A stretch of DNA of 64,000 bases from an uncultured Planctomycetaceae bacterium (GCA_963813715.1 CAWFAK010000008.1:576001-640000); one strand, 5' to 3'; counted from the first letter of the stretch, positions 11,046 to 21,830 are shown. Numbers and translations: made by a program. Notes: generated by a model not told the origin, from the letters alone.

Positions 11046-11891
11046 GTGGTTTCTGAGAACCGATGGCGGACTCCTCCAGCTCGAACGATCAAGTCTTCGG
11101 CGCACGAGCCGATCGGCGAAGGTCCGGATCCGTCCGGGCCTTCCGCCGCGGCGCGCCGACCGATTCGGCCCGGACTGCGCGGACCTGCCGGGGCCGGCGG
11201 CGGCCAGCTTCGCCGGCAATTTGAAGAGGTCGCCGCGCTGGCCGGCGGCCTCGCTCACGAAATTCGCAATCCGCTCTCCACGATGGGCATGCTGCTGGAA
11301 TTGATGGCCGAGGACCTGGCGGCCGCGGAAACTCCCCGCGACCGCCGCATCCTCACGCAGCTCAAAACGCTGCAGCGCGAATGCCAGCACCTGGAGGACA
11401 TCCTCAACGCGTTTTTGCAGTTCGCCCGCGTGGGCGAGGTGGACCTGGTCGAGTCGGACGTCAACCAGCTCGTCCGCGACTTCATCGAGTTCTACAAGGC
11501 CGAGGCCCACGATCACGGCATCGAAATCAGTCCGCACCTGGCGTCCGATTTGCCCCCCGTGCGGGCCGACCGTTCGCTCTTCCGCCAAATGCTGCTGAAT
11601 CTCGCGCTGAACGCTCAGCAGGCGATGCCCGACGGCGGCATCATGGAGCTGCAGACGAGCGTGAGCGACGGCTGGATTCAACTGGCCCTCATCGACAACG
11701 GCATCGGCATGGACGAGGCGACGCAGGCCCGGCTGTTCGACGTCTTTTTCTCCACGCGAGTGGGAGGCAGCGGGCTCGGTTTGCCGACCGTTCGTAAAAT
11801 TGTCGAAGCGCACCAGGGACGCATCGCCTGTCAAAGCGAGCCGGGACGGGGAACCCGGTTTGTGATCTCGCTTCCCCCGGCCCAGCCATGA
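11046..11891 (+). CDS. Histidine kinase (HisKA + HATPase_c, no sensor domain)
   Basis: [10 protein letters not shown]-box, NAQQAM N-box, DNGIG, FFST, GSGLGL; start uncertain. Confidence 0.9.
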   Translation: MVSENRWRTPPARTIKSSAHEPIGEGPDPSGPSAAARRPIRPGLRGPAGAGGGQLRRQFEEVAALAGGLAHEIRNPLSTMGMLLELMAEDLAAAETPRDRRILTQLKTLQRECQHLEDILNAFLQFARVGEVDLVESDVNQLVRDFIEFYKAEAHDHGIEISPHLASDLPPVRADRSLFRQMLLNLALNAQQAMPDGGIMELQTSVSDGWIQLALIDNGIGMDEATQARLFDVFFSTRVGGSGLGLPTVRKIVEAHQGRIACQSEPGRGTRFVISLPPAQP

Positions 11892-13375
11892 CGACCGCCA
11901 AGAAAACCGACACGGCCACCATCGACCCGCCGAAAACCGACGGCACGAAAGCCGACCCCAAGAAAGGCGACCCGGGCGATCTGTCGGGCATTCCGATCCG
12001 CGTGCTGATCGTGGATGACGACGAGGCCCACGCCCAGGCCGTCGCGGAAAGTCTCAAGCGGATCAACTGCGACTGCGCGGTGGCAACGTCCGGCGCCGGA
12101 GGCATCGCGCTGATCGAGAGCGAGAACGACTTCGACGTCGTCGTCACCGACATGAAGATGGACGAAGTCGACGGCCTGGAAATTCTCCGCAAGAGCAAGG
12201 AGGAGCTGCCCGACGCGGAGGTAATCGTCGTCACCGGGCACGGCTCGATCACGTCGGCCGTCACGGCCATGCAGCACGGCGCCAACACGTATCTTTCCAA
12301 GCCGCTCGACATCAACGAGCTGCGGGCGGCCGTGCAAAAAGCGTCGACGCGCGTGCGGCTCATCCGTCGCAATGCCGAGCTCAACCGGCGGCTCGACGAG
12401 CGATTCGGCTTTGAGGGAGTGATCGGCTCCAGCCCCCAGATGCAAAAGGTGATCGAGATTCTAAAGTCGGTCGCCCCGACCGATAGCACGGTGATGATCC
12501 ACGGCGAGAGCGGCACGGGCAAGGAGCTGGTCGCCCGGGCCCTGCATCAAAACAGCCCGCGTAAGAGCAAGCCGTTCGTTCCGCTCAATATTTCGGCGTT
12601 GCCCAGCAGCATCCTCGAAAGCGAGCTGTTCGGCCACGAGCAGGGGGCCTTCACCGGCGCCGTCGGCCGGCGGATCGGCAAGTTCGAGTTCGCCAACGGC
12701 GGCACGCTGTTCCTCGACGAAGTCGGCGAGATGCCGATGGAGACGCAAATCAAGCTCTTGCGCGTGCTCGAAGATCGCAAGGTTACGCGCGTCGGCTCCA
12801 ACGAAGAACACGAGGTCAACGTGCGGCTCGTGGCCGCGACCAACGCCGATCTCAAGGCGATGATCGAAAAGAAATCATTCCGCGGTGATCTTTACTATCG
12901 GCTGTCGGTGGTCAACATCCCGTTGCCGCCGCTGCGTGACCGCCGCAGCGATATTCCGCTCTTGATGGAGCACTTCCGCAAAGACATCTGCGGGCGGATG
13001 CATAAGGAGGTCGTCGGTTTCAGCAAGGCGGCCCGTCAGGCGCTGATTTCCTACGATTGGCCCGGCAATATCCGCCAACTCCGCAACAGCGTCGAGCGAA
13101 TGATCGTGCTTGATTCCGACAGCTTGCTGGACGTCGACGACCTACCCGACGAAATCGCCGTGCTCGCCCGCCGCGACGGCGACACCACCGGCATGCCGGC
13201 CGTCCCCGGCAGCGACTCGCTGATTGGCCGCCCCTTGAACGAAGTCGAACGCTATTACATCCACCGCGCGCTGGAGCTGACGGAAGGCAAACGCGAGGAA
13301 GCGGCCCAACTCCTGGGAATGGGCGAACGCACGCTCTACCGCAAGATCAAAGAGTACGGTCTCAAGAACTACTGA
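11888..13375 (+). CDS. Sigma-54-dependent NtrC-family response regulator
   Basis: Receiver [37 protein letters not shown]-terminal HTH; ATGA overlap with the kinase. Confidence 0.95.
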   Translation: MTTAKKTDTATIDPPKTDGTKADPKKGDPGDLSGIPIRVLIVDDDEAHAQAVAESLKRINCDCAVATSGAGGIALIESENDFDVVVTDMKMDEVDGLEILRKSKEELPDAEVIVVTGHGSITSAVTAMQHGANTYLSKPLDINELRAAVQKASTRVRLIRRNAELNRRLDERFGFEGVIGSSPQMQKVIEILKSVAPTDSTVMIHGESGTGKELVARALHQNSPRKSKPFVPLNISALPSSILESELFGHEQGAFTGAVGRRIGKFEFANGGTLFLDEVGEMPMETQIKLLRVLEDRKVTRVGSNEEHEVNVRLVAATNADLKAMIEKKSFRGDLYYRLSVVNIPLPPLRDRRSDIPLLMEHFRKDICGRMHKEVVGFSKAARQALISYDWPGNIRQLRNSVERMIVLDSDSLLDVDDLPDEIAVLARRDGDTTGMPAVPGSDSLIGRPLNEVERYYIHRALELTEGKREEAAQLLGMGERTLYRKIKEYGLKNY

Positions 13376-13482
13376 GACTTTTTTCGTCTGCCCGCGTGGT
13401 GTGAGACCGGGCGGCCTCGCCTCAAGCACGGACGTCCTAGCGGAAGTCCTTACGCTCATCAAAGATTGATCTGCGCTGGCCC

Positions 13483-13509
13483 CGCGACTAAGGTAATGTC
13501 TTAGTCGCG
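13483..13509. other. Perfect 10-bp stem hairpin
   Basis: CGCGACTAAG-gtaatgt-CTTAGTCGCG; no U-tract. Confidence 0.5.
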
Positions 13510-13576
13510 TGCAGGACGCGTCTCGTCCGCAGAAAGGGCTGCGCCCACCTGCTCTATCGAGGCACCCCTCTTTACT

Positions 13577-13626
13577 GACCTTCCTCTTTCGCCTGATTGC
13601 GGACCAGGCACACGAAGGAGGATGTC
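13577..13626 (+). promoter_or_regulatory. Leader hairpin sequestering the Shine-Dalgarno of the ankyrin gene
   Basis: TCCTCTTTCG pairs with CGAAGGAGGA (one G-U); inner CCTG/CAGG stem. Confidence 0.5.
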
Positions 13627-15102
13627 TTGAATCTCGAACAACAGAAGAAGCAGGCCCGCGAGCTCTTGCGGGCGATCCGGTCCGGGAACGCAAACGCGCT
13701 CTCTCGTCTGCGGCGGCACCACGCGCGCTGGGCGGCATTGGACGAAAGCGCCGTACGCCAACTCATTTCTTTGCACGATGCGCAATTCGTTCTCGCTCGT
13801 GAACAAGGGTTCGCCAGTTGGCCCAAGCTCAAGGCCTACGCCGAGCCGTCTTCGGGCGCACGGCCCACACGATTGTTCGTAGCGGATGTTGCCTGGATTA
13901 CAGACCGCGTCCATGGCTTGCTTCGAACGCGGTCTTCGGCGGGTCCTGCAGCGCTGGAGCAAATTCGAGAATGGCACCCGCGTTTCTCCGATTGGAGCGA
14001 CGAAGAAATTCGCCAAGCCCCCTTCACGGAAGAGGATGCCCGATTGGTCTACGCTAGGGAGCACGGCTTCGAAACCTGGGATGACCTGACCAGGCGTGTG
14101 AATCTCCTTGCGGCGAACCCCGCGACAGCGGCGACGGAACCGTTCATGGCTTCCTTCGTCGCGCTGAAGTCGGGCAACGCGGCCGCCTTCGAAGCTCTGC
14201 TCCGCGCGAACCCTCGTCTGGTCAACGAGCGCGGGACAAATGGGAACACGCTGCTGAATCTCGCTGTCAGCTTCGCCGGCAAGGCGGATTGGCACGGCGG
14301 GCTGTCTCCGATTGCGACTTTGCTGGCCGCCGGCGCCGATGTCAACGAGGCCAACGATCGGGGTTGGACGCCGCTCCATGCGGCCGCCTACTCCAACCAA
14401 CCGGAAATTGCGTCCTTGCTGGCGGAAAAAGGTGCGGCCCTGGACGCGGAAGCACACGGTGCGGGTGGCACTCCGTTGATTGCCGCGCTGTTTTGGGGTC
14501 ATCGTGAGGTGGCCGATTTGCTCGGTCGCCATTCGGTGGCTCCAAACAATCTCCGCGCCGCTGCCGGGCTTGGCATCCCCGAGTTGGTGGATGCCTGCAT
14601 CCAATCCGACGGCACACTAACTCCCGAAGCCTGTGCTGCCAGAGGCTTTTACCGTCCGCACAGCGGTTTCCCGGACTGGCAGCCTTCGTCAGATCCGCAG
14701 GAGGTTCTCGATGAGGCACTGGTGTGGGCCTGCAAGAGTGACCGCTTGCTCGTCCTCGAGCGGCTCGTCAAAGCGGGTGCGCGGCTGAATGCCGATCCTT
14801 ATCGAGGCACGCCTCTGATCTGGGCCGCGGCCTGCAATCGTGCGGAAACCGTCGCATGGCTGTTGGACCACGGCGCGAGCATCAATCAGAAAGCGACCTT
14901 TGGCGGACTCACACACGGGCAGGGAGTCACGGCTCTCCATATTGCGGCCCAGTCCGGACACCTGCCTGTGCTCAAGCTCCTGATCGAGCGCGGCGCCGAT
15001 CCCTCGATCAAAGAGGACCTCTACCATTCGACTGCCGAGGGGGGCGCAGCGTTCTTTGGCCAGGAAGCAGCGCGGGACTATTTGCACTCGTTGGGCACAT
15101 AG
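13627..15102 (+). CDS. Ankyrin-repeat protein
   Basis: GWTPLHAAA, GGTPLIAAL, GTPLIWAAA, VTALHIAAQ repeats; duplicated N-terminal A...AREHGF.SW/TW motif; strong AAGGAGG RBS (start TTG 13627, or ATG 13622 with an indel). Confidence 0.9.
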   Translation: MNLEQQKKQARELLRAIRSGNANALSRLRRHHARWAALDESAVRQLISLHDAQFVLAREQGFASWPKLKAYAEPSSGARPTRLFVADVAWITDRVHGLLRTRSSAGPAALEQIREWHPRFSDWSDEEIRQAPFTEEDARLVYAREHGFETWDDLTRRVNLLAANPATAATEPFMASFVALKSGNAAAFEALLRANPRLVNERGTNGNTLLNLAVSFAGKADWHGGLSPIATLLAAGADVNEANDRGWTPLHAAAYSNQPEIASLLAEKGAALDAEAHGAGGTPLIAALFWGHREVADLLGRHSVAPNNLRAAAGLGIPELVDACIQSDGTLTPEACAARGFYRPHSGFPDWQPSSDPQEVLDEALVWACKSDRLLVLERLVKAGARLNADPYRGTPLIWAAACNRAETVAWLLDHGASINQKATFGGLTHGQGVTALHIAAQSGHLPVLKLLIERGADPSIKEDLYHSTAEGGAAFFGQEAARDYLHSLGT

Positions 15103-15141
15103 CTCGGCCTTTCCGCCAGTGTCTGCCTCCGCATCAATAAC

Positions 15142-15186
15142 CACTGGCGGACAAGCCGCCAGTGCCACCCACCGCCAGTGCCACCC
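15142..15186. repeat. REP (family B) plus partial tandem copy
   Basis: CACTGGCGGACAAGCCGCCAGTG hairpin followed by CCACCC; CCGCCAGTGCCACCC repeated at 15172-15186. Confidence 0.75.
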
Positions 15187-15191
15187 AGCAC

Positions 15192-16270
15192 TCAGCGATG
15201 GGCGAGATGCGCGTACTCCGCCAACGGCAATTCGACGCGCGTTTGCGAGGCCGCGCTGCGGGCGACCGCCTCGGTGAACTCCATGTAGCGCACGCCCGTC
15301 GCGAAGTCGGTGAATCGCACCGTTTCGTAGCCGCGGATCGCCCCGACAAATTCGGCCTCGACCCGCCAGCCGCCCTGTTTCTCGGGCGGAATGTCGAATT
15401 CGAGCAGTTGCGTTTCGCCCACGCGGCCGGTGAGCAGACGCTCGGCGGGAGTCGCCTCGTAGCGCAGCGTCGCCTCGCTGCCGTAGAGATGAATCTGGTT
15501 TCCGGGCCCGAAACGGCAGACGCCGCTCAGGTGGTAAAGGCCCCGTCCGCCATTTTCCAGGTCCGTCAGAATCTGCACGCTATCGGGAATCGTGACCTCG
15601 GCCGGTCGCGCGGCGTCGCCGTGTCCGCTCGGCCGCGTCTTTGTGAAGGTCTGCGTCCGCGCGAACACGCTGACGGGCGGCGGAGCCCAGCGGAGCAACG
15701 TTTCGTGCAGGATGCCCAGCGCCAGCACGTTATAGCCGCTCTTGTCGATCTCCTGTCGCCAATGCAGCGGAGCGTCGGAATTGGCGAAGGCGTCGTTGGC
15801 GCCGATCACCACGACCTCGCGAATGTCTCCGAAAAAACCGTCGCGGAGCATGTCGCGCACGTACTCGTTCTGCACCAGTCCGAACGGGCTGGGGACGATT
15901 TGCTTGACCAGATCCGGATGACGATGCGCGGTGTCGGCCATGCGATGGGCCTCGGCGGCGTTGCGCGCATCCGCGCCTCGGTCAACACGTGCTTGCCGGC
16001 ATCGAGCGCCGCGCAGGTGATCTCGCAATGCAGGTTCGGCCAGGTGCCGATGCAGACGGCGTCGACGTCGCCATCCGCGATCAAGTCCTGCCAGCGCGGA
16101 TACGTGCGAGAAATTCCCAGCTCGCGCGCGGCGCGGGCCGTCGATTCGGGTGTGCTGTTGACGACGCCGACCAGCTCGACGTCCGCCAGCGCGCGAAAAC
16201 CGGGAACGTGCCGTTCGCGCGTGTTTTTGCCGGCGCCAATGAGCCCAATTCGCACGCGCTGTTCGGCCAT
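15192..16270 (-). CDS. Gfo/Idh/MocA-family oxidoreductase; frameshift near 15970
   Basis: [31 protein letters not shown]. Confidence 0.88.
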
Positions 16271-16399
16271 CGCAGTCCTCGCGGTGTGAGCTGCCCGGAA
16301 GTGCCGCGATTGTAACGCCGTCGACAGCCTGTCGCGATCTTCGAGGAAACTCGTGCGCCGGCCGAACGAAAGCACGCAGCCAGATCGCCGTTCGCGATC

Positions 16400-16492
16400 G
16401 CCGCTCGACGTTTCAGGCGGCGGCCCCAACATGCCGCTCGATTCAGGCGGCGGCCCCAACGTGCCGCTCGATTCAGGCAGCGACCCGAACGC
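16400..16492. repeat. About 3 tandem 30-bp units overlapping the lpxB stop codon
   Basis: GCCGCTCGATTCAGGCGGCGGCCCCAAC(A/G)T units starting at 16400, 16433 and 16463. Confidence 0.85.
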
Positions 16493-17640
16493 GGTCGACC
16501 GGAGCCAGATGGCTCAGAATGCGATCGGCCGTGCGGCCCGTCGCGCCAGGCTGGCCGATTTCCGCGCGGAGTTGTCGCAGCTCGCGGGCGACCTGGGCGA
16601 GCTGGTAAGGGCTGCCGATCCACTCGTTGACGACGGCCGCCATCTCGCGGACCGTGCGATCAGGTCGCAGCACGGGCATCCATTCGGGCATCAGGCGGCG
16701 GCCCGCGATCAAGTTGGGAAGCGTGATCGAATTGACGTGCACGAGCGGCCGCACCAGGGCATACGTCAGCGGACTGACCCGATAGAGAACCACGGCCGGC
16801 TTCGCCCGCGCCAGCATTTCCAAACTCACCGAACCCGAAACCATCACGCAACAGTCGGAGGCCTCGATGATCTCGGGCGTGCGGCCCAGGCAAAGCTCCA
16901 CGGGCAGCGACCGCGGCCGGGAGGCGAGCATCTTCTGGCAGCGCTCGCGATGGCGCTCTTTGTAGCAAGCGACGAGAAAATGCACGTCCGGGTGCCGCGC
17001 GGCCACTTGCTCCATCAGGTCGATCTGCAGCGGGAAGTTCGACTCGACCTCGTGATTCCGCGACCCGGGCAGAACGCCCACGATCCGCCGATAGTCGGCC
17101 TGGGCCTTGCGGCAGAACGCCTCGTCCAAGCGGCTCTCGGCCACGTCGTCAAAAAATGGGTGGCCAACGTATTCGGCGTGAAGCCCACGCTCGGCGTACC
17201 ACTTCGGTTCGAAGGGGAGTCCGCAGAGAATGTGGTCGACGAACTTCCGCATCCGCTTGATCCGCCACGGTCGCCCAGCCCCAAAGTTGGGGCGGCAGAT
17301 AATAAAAGACGGGGATGCCGGCCGCCTTCGCCTTGCGGGCGATCCACCAGTTGAAGCCGGGAAAATCGACCAGCACGACTGCGTCGGGCGGCGATTCGCG
17401 AAACATCCGCTCGGCCCGTTTGACGAGCGAGTAAAACTGCCAGAGCAGGGGGATGACGCGGAAGATGCCGACGACGGCCAGGTTGGTCAGTTCGTAGTTG
17501 ATGTCACAGCCGGCCTCGGCCATTTTCGGTCCGCCGTAGCCGCTGAACTCCAGATCGGGCTGACGCCGCTGGAGTGCGTGAATCAGGCGGGCCGCATGCT
17601 GGTCACCGCTGGGCTCGCCGACGGAGAAAAAGATCCGCAT
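16473..17640 (-). CDS. lpxB: Lipid-A-disaccharide synthase; frameshift near 17270
   Basis: [49 protein letters not shown]. Confidence 0.95.
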
Positions 17641-17643
17641 GAT

Positions 17644-18381
17644 TCAGGCCGCTTTCGTCCGCGGCGTGGCCGCGTCGAATTGCTGGGTCGCCCAAGCACA
17701 GCAGGAGGCGGCGTCGGCACGGAGGGCCCGCTCCACCGCCCAATTCCACGTTTCGGGAGCGACCAGTTGCTGCGGCAGCCGCAGCACGGCGATCGCATAA
17801 CCGGCCGCTTGTTGCACGGCCGCGTGCAGACGGATCGACGGCATCAGGTGCAGACTGTCGTGAACTTCCTGAAAGTCCTGGTGGCCGGGCAGGGCGCCCA
17901 GGTGCCGCTCGAAGCAGCTGAAGGCATGTCCCATCAAATCAGCGCTGCCGTGTCCGACGGGGCACAGAAAGGCGATGCAGCCGGCCGGCGGCAAACGACT
18001 GATCAACTTGAGCGTGGCGGCGTAGGCCGCGCGTGACGACAGGGACCGATGATATTCGGACGCATCGCGGACCAGCACGACGTCGAATTCGGTGCGGATC
18101 GAGGGCAGGGGATCGCTGACCGACGCGCAACTGAAGCTGCAAGTCGGCGCGTTCCGCCGGGCGTCGAGAATATTTTTGGGCGATTCGTCGATCCCCGTGC
18201 ACTGGATGCCGAGCGAGTCGAAAAATTTCGCCAGCTCGCCCCGCCCGCAGCCGACTTCTAAAACGCTGAACCCCACGCCCAGGCGCAGCGCGGACAACAG
18301 CCGCGACATGACCTTACGGGGAATGCCGGTTTGCTCGAGCAGATCGCTCGATTCCGCGCTGAGACGCTGCCAGGGTGACAT
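17644..18381 (-). CDS. Class I SAM-dependent methyltransferase-like protein
   Basis: VLEVGCGRG, CTGID, FDVVL; stop lies 3 bp before the lpxB start. Confidence 0.75.
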   Translation of the reverse strand: MSPWQRLSAESSDLLEQTGIPRKVMSRLLSALRLGVGFSVLEVGCGRGELAKFFDSLGIQCTGIDESPKNILDARRNAPTCSFSCASVSDPLPSIRTEFDVVLVRDASEYHRSLSSRAAYAATLKLISRLPPAGCIAFLCPVGHGSADLMGHAFSCFERHLGALPGHQDFQEVHDSLHLMPSIRLHAAVQQAAGYAIAVLRLPQQLVAPETWNWAVERALRADAASCCAWATQQFDAATPRTKAA

Positions 18382-18540
18382 CACGCACCTCCCAAAGGGT
18401 CGGCCGGTGCGCTCTTTCGGACGGGGAAAGGTGAAGGGCCGAGCCAAGGGGGCGAAGAATATCGCGCGCCCCCGATCCGGGCAATGGCGGAATCCGGGCG
18501 AATTTCGCCGCTGGTTCGGCGGATGGAGAGGTCGCGCTTT

Positions 18541-18663
18541 GGGTGCCACGGTTGAGCTCGCTCAACCGTGCTCTTCGCGTCCAGCACCGTTATCAGCACC
18601 TAAAAAGAGCACGGCCGAGCCGAAGTGTCTCAGCCGTGGCACCCGAATTTCCGGACACCCTCA
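18541..18663. repeat. REP doublet (family C) fused to an IS-end-like sequence
   Basis: GGGTGCCACGGTTGAGCTCGCTCAACCGTG...CACGGCCGAGCCGAAGTGTCTCAGCCGTGGCACCC, then GAATTTCCGGACACCCTCA; inverted homologue at 21986-22096 + 23280-23303. Confidence 0.85.
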
Positions 18664-18783
18664 TCCCGTGCTAAAATGAACGGGCGACGCTGCGATTCCG
18701 TTGCGGCTGCACAGAACTCCCGGATACAACCGTGGGCGCCGACCGGTGTATCCTCCAGTCACGGGTGACGAGCCAGAATTCGT

Positions 18784-19507
18784 ATGGGAAGAAATTTCGA
18801 GAATCGCAAGCAATCGATCTTCAAGAACGGCTGCTTCGAAATCCAAGCTCTACGCCAAGTACGGCAAGAAGTTGTACATGGCGGCCAAGAATGGCGTGCC
18901 CGACCCCCACGCCAATCCGGCCCTCCGCAGCATCGTCGAAAAGGCCAAGAGCGAAAACGTCCCGAGCCATGTGATCGAAAAGGCGATCCAGAAGGCGAAG
19001 GGCGGCGGGGGCGAGGACTTCCATCCGGCGCGTTACGAAGGATTTGGTCCCGGCGGCGCCTTAGTCATCGTCGATTGTCTGACCGACAACAATCAACGGA
19101 CGATCTCCGAAGTCCGCAGTTGTTTCACCAAGACCGGTTCCAAGTTGGCCGGCAATGGCGCCGTCGCGATGTCGTTCGAGCACGTGGCCGTCCTCTCCTT
19201 CAAGGGCGACAACGAAGACCAGGTGTTGGAAGCCATGCTCAACGCGGACGTCGCCGTTGAGGACGTCGAAAGCAAGGACGGCTACATTACGATCTTCGCT
19301 CCGCCTGCCGAGTTTTATAAAGCGAAAACGGCCCTGCTGGAGGCCCTCCCCGACGTCGAACTGGAAACGCAGGAAATCACCTTTCTCCCACAAGCCAGCA
19401 AAACGCTGAGCGCGGGCGACCAGTCGAGCTTCGAAAAATTCCTCGAGATGCTGCACGAGTGCGACGACGTGCAGGACATCTACCACAACGTCACGTTTCC
19501 CGGCTAG
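18784..19507 (+). CDS. YebC/PmpR-family protein; frameshift near 18826
   Basis: MGRNFENRK.., NPALR, YEGFGPGG, CLTDN..RT, DDVQDIYHN. Confidence 0.92.
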
Positions 19508-19704
19508 CAGGCCGTTGACGTCGTTGTAAACACGGGTCGCCCAGCCTCCGATCCGGATTGCTGCCGCACGCGTCGATCCGACTCCACCGACGGTTTCCCC
19601 ACGCAATTTCATTGCGGCATGCGTGTGAGAGTGGTTGCGATCGGTGCGACCGTCAGTAGAGAATGGGTGCCGACAACAACCTGCTCAAACAAGGGAGAGG
19701 GGAG

Positions 19705-20190
19705 ATGCCGAAGCCCGCGAAGAACACGATTTGCCTGTGGTACGACGGCGGCGCCGAAGAGGCGGCGCGGTTTTATGCTCGGACATTTCCCGATTCCTCT
19801 GTGGGTAAGATTGTGCACGCGCCGGCCGATTATCCGGCAGGCAAGAAAGGAGACGTGGTGACGGTCGAGTTCACCGTGCTGGGCATTCCCTGCCTCGGCT
19901 TGAACGGCGGGCCCGTGTACAAGCACACCGAAGCTTTTTCGTTTCAGGTCGCGACCGCGGACCAGGCCGAAACGGATCGCTATTGGGACGCCATCATCGG
20001 CAACGGCGGAGAAGAGAGCATGTGCGGCTGGTGCAAGGACAAGTGGGGCCTGTCGTGGCAAATCACGCCGATCGTCCTGACGAAGGCTATCGCCGATCCC
20101 GATCCCGCCGCCGCCAAGCGGGCCTTCGAGGCGATGATGCAGATGAGAAAGATCGACATTGCCACAATCGAGGCGGCACTTCGCGGATGA
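19705..20190 (+). CDS. VOC/PhnB-like (3-demethylubiquinone-9 3-methyltransferase family) protein
   Basis: KNTICLWYD..AEEAARFY, LNGGP, CGWCKDKWGLSWQI; GGAG RBS. Confidence 0.92.
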   Translation: MPKPAKNTICLWYDGGAEEAARFYARTFPDSSVGKIVHAPADYPAGKKGDVVTVEFTVLGIPCLGLNGGPVYKHTEAFSFQVATADQAETDRYWDAIIGNGGEESMCGWCKDKWGLSWQITPIVLTKAIADPDPAAAKRAFEAMMQMRKIDIATIEAALRG

Positions 20191-20224
20191 AGAATTTCGT
20201 CAGAAGCGCGGCGCCGGTCGCGGG

Positions 20225-20947
20225 TCAGGCAGCCCGGCGGCGGCCTGCTTCGGGCCGTTCGGCCGCGGAAAGCTCGGAGAGAGCGGGTAACCCTACGGCG
20301 GCCCGGGCGATGGCGTCCTGTCGCGCCATTTCGGCCTGCAGTCGCTGCGCGTAGACCTCGAGTTCTTCCCGCTCCAGGTTGGGGGGGACGACGAATGCCG
20401 GACCGCCCCGTGCATGGATCCGCGTGAACGGCTTCGGCAGCTGCATATCGGTCCAACTGCCGGGAATCCGCCAGGCGCGGCGGCACGCGTAACCGGTGGG
20501 AATAATGATGCGACCCGAGCGCGATGCCAAATAGATGATGCCCGTCTTCATCTGGCGACGCGGACCGCGCGGTCCGTCGGGCGTAATGGCCACGTGCAGA
20601 TCGCGCACGCGGTCGAGCAGCTCTCGCAGGGCGCGGCTCGCCCCCCGCTTCGAGGAGCCCCGCACCGAACTGATGCCCAATCGCCGCATGGCCTCGGCCA
20701 GATAGGAGCCATCTTGATGCGGGCTCACCAATCCGGCCATTTTCTTCGGCCGTCCGGCGAAACAAGTCATCAAAATGTCGTCGTGCCAGATGCAATACAG
20801 AAACCGGCGGTCACCCGTGTCCTCGTAGGGGCAGCACCCGTCGACTTCCGTGGCGACCTCGATCCGGCACGTTTTGAACAGCGCCCGCACGAGCACGACC
20901 GCGACGAAGGCCACGAGCTTCGTAAGATAGCGGTTGCGGATCTTCAG
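20225..20947 (-). CDS. DUF374 lysophospholipid acyltransferase-family protein (LpxJ-like)
   Basis: CIWH, VS.H.DG, VRGSS.RG, ITPDGPRGP, SWTDMQLPKPF; probable CTG start at 20947 (otherwise GTG 20914). Confidence 0.88.
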   Translation of the reverse strand: MKIRNRYLTKLVAFVAVVLVRALFKTCRIEVATEVDGCCPYEDTGDRRFLYCIWHDDILMTCFAGRPKKMAGLVSPHQDGSYLAEAMRRLGISSVRGSSKRGASRALRELLDRVRDLHVAITPDGPRGPRRQMKTGIIYLASRSGRIIIPTGYACRRAWRIPGSWTDMQLPKPFTRIHARGGPAFVVPPNLEREELEVYAQRLQAEMARQDAIARAAVGLPALSELSAAERPEAGRRRAA

Positions 20948-20979
20948 AGACCGACTCCGACGGCGGGAAGCACGAAATC

Positions 20980-21073
20980 CGAATGAAATGACGAAAAAAT
21001 GTCCAAATGACCTAAGCCCGAAGGAAGACAGTTTTCCCTTCAGGGCTTCGGGCTTCCTTCGTCATTTCATTCG
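20980..21073. repeat. Nested inverted repeat (long hairpin)
   Basis: CGAATGAAATGACGAA/TTCGTCATTTCATTCG (16 bp perfect) enclosing AAGCCCGAAG/CTTCGGGCTT (10 bp perfect). Confidence 0.75.
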
Positions 21074-21299
21074 AGCTTCGGGTTTGCGCCCGGAGATTGT
21101 ATCGACCCGCGGAAATCCTCAAATCCCAGTTGCCCAGGGCCTCAGTCCGCCTTTGCCTCAAAACCTCATTCGATTGCGCTCGGGCCTGTGAATTGTTGGA
21201 GAAACCCCCTACGGGCGGACACTGGAGCAGCAGCGCGAAGGGTGAGGGGCCGCGCGGCCATGCGGCATCCAGCGCAGTCCGTCGGGCTCGTTCGCGCGG

Positions 21300-21830
21300 T
21301 TAGGCGGGAACGTACGTCAACCGAATCAGGTCCTCGCCAATGAGATCGCTGCTCACAAGGCGGAGCGGCGGCCGGGGGCCGGTGAAGAATGGCTTGCCGC
21401 GACCAAGTACGATGGGGTGGAGGTAAAGTCGATACTCATCAATAAGACCAAGTTTGGTGAGGCTTCCTGCCAGGTCTGGTCCCGCAACGTCAATCTCCCC
21501 AACGTGCTGAGCCTTCAGCCCACGGATCACCGCCTCGATGTCATCCTCGACAAGCGTGGCGTTGGGCCCGACCGACTTCAACGAGCGCGACACGACCCAC
21601 TTCGGATGGCTCCGCCACGCCGCCGCGAACTCGCGTTCCTCCGCGACCCAATCCGGAAGGTCATCGTCCCAATAACGCATGACCTCGTACGTGCGGCGAC
21701 CGTACACCATGCCCGTCAGGTCGCGCACTTGCTCGATGAAGTGACGAAAGAGCGCCAGGTTTGGCCTAAATTCCAGATGGTCGACGTAGCCATCCAAGGA
21801 CTGGTTCAAGCCATAGACGAGCTTTGCCAT
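21300..21830 (-). CDS. Dihydrofolate reductase/RibD C-terminal family protein
   Basis: SLDGY, GRRTYE, KWVVSRSL, GLIDEYRLYLHPIVLG.GKPFF. Confidence 0.92.
   Translation of the reverse strand: MAKLVYGLNQSLDGYVDHLEFRPNLALFRHFIEQVRDLTGMVYGRRTYEVMRYWDDDLPDWVAEEREFAAAWRSHPKWVVSRSLKSVGPNATLVEDDIEAVIRGLKAQHVGEIDVAGPDLAGSLTKLGLIDEYRLYLHPIVLGRGKPFFTGPRPPLRLVSSDLIGEDLIRLTYVPA

Noticed and set aside
16400..16492. CRISPR array
   Set aside because: Units are contiguous with no unique spacers, and there are no cas genes.
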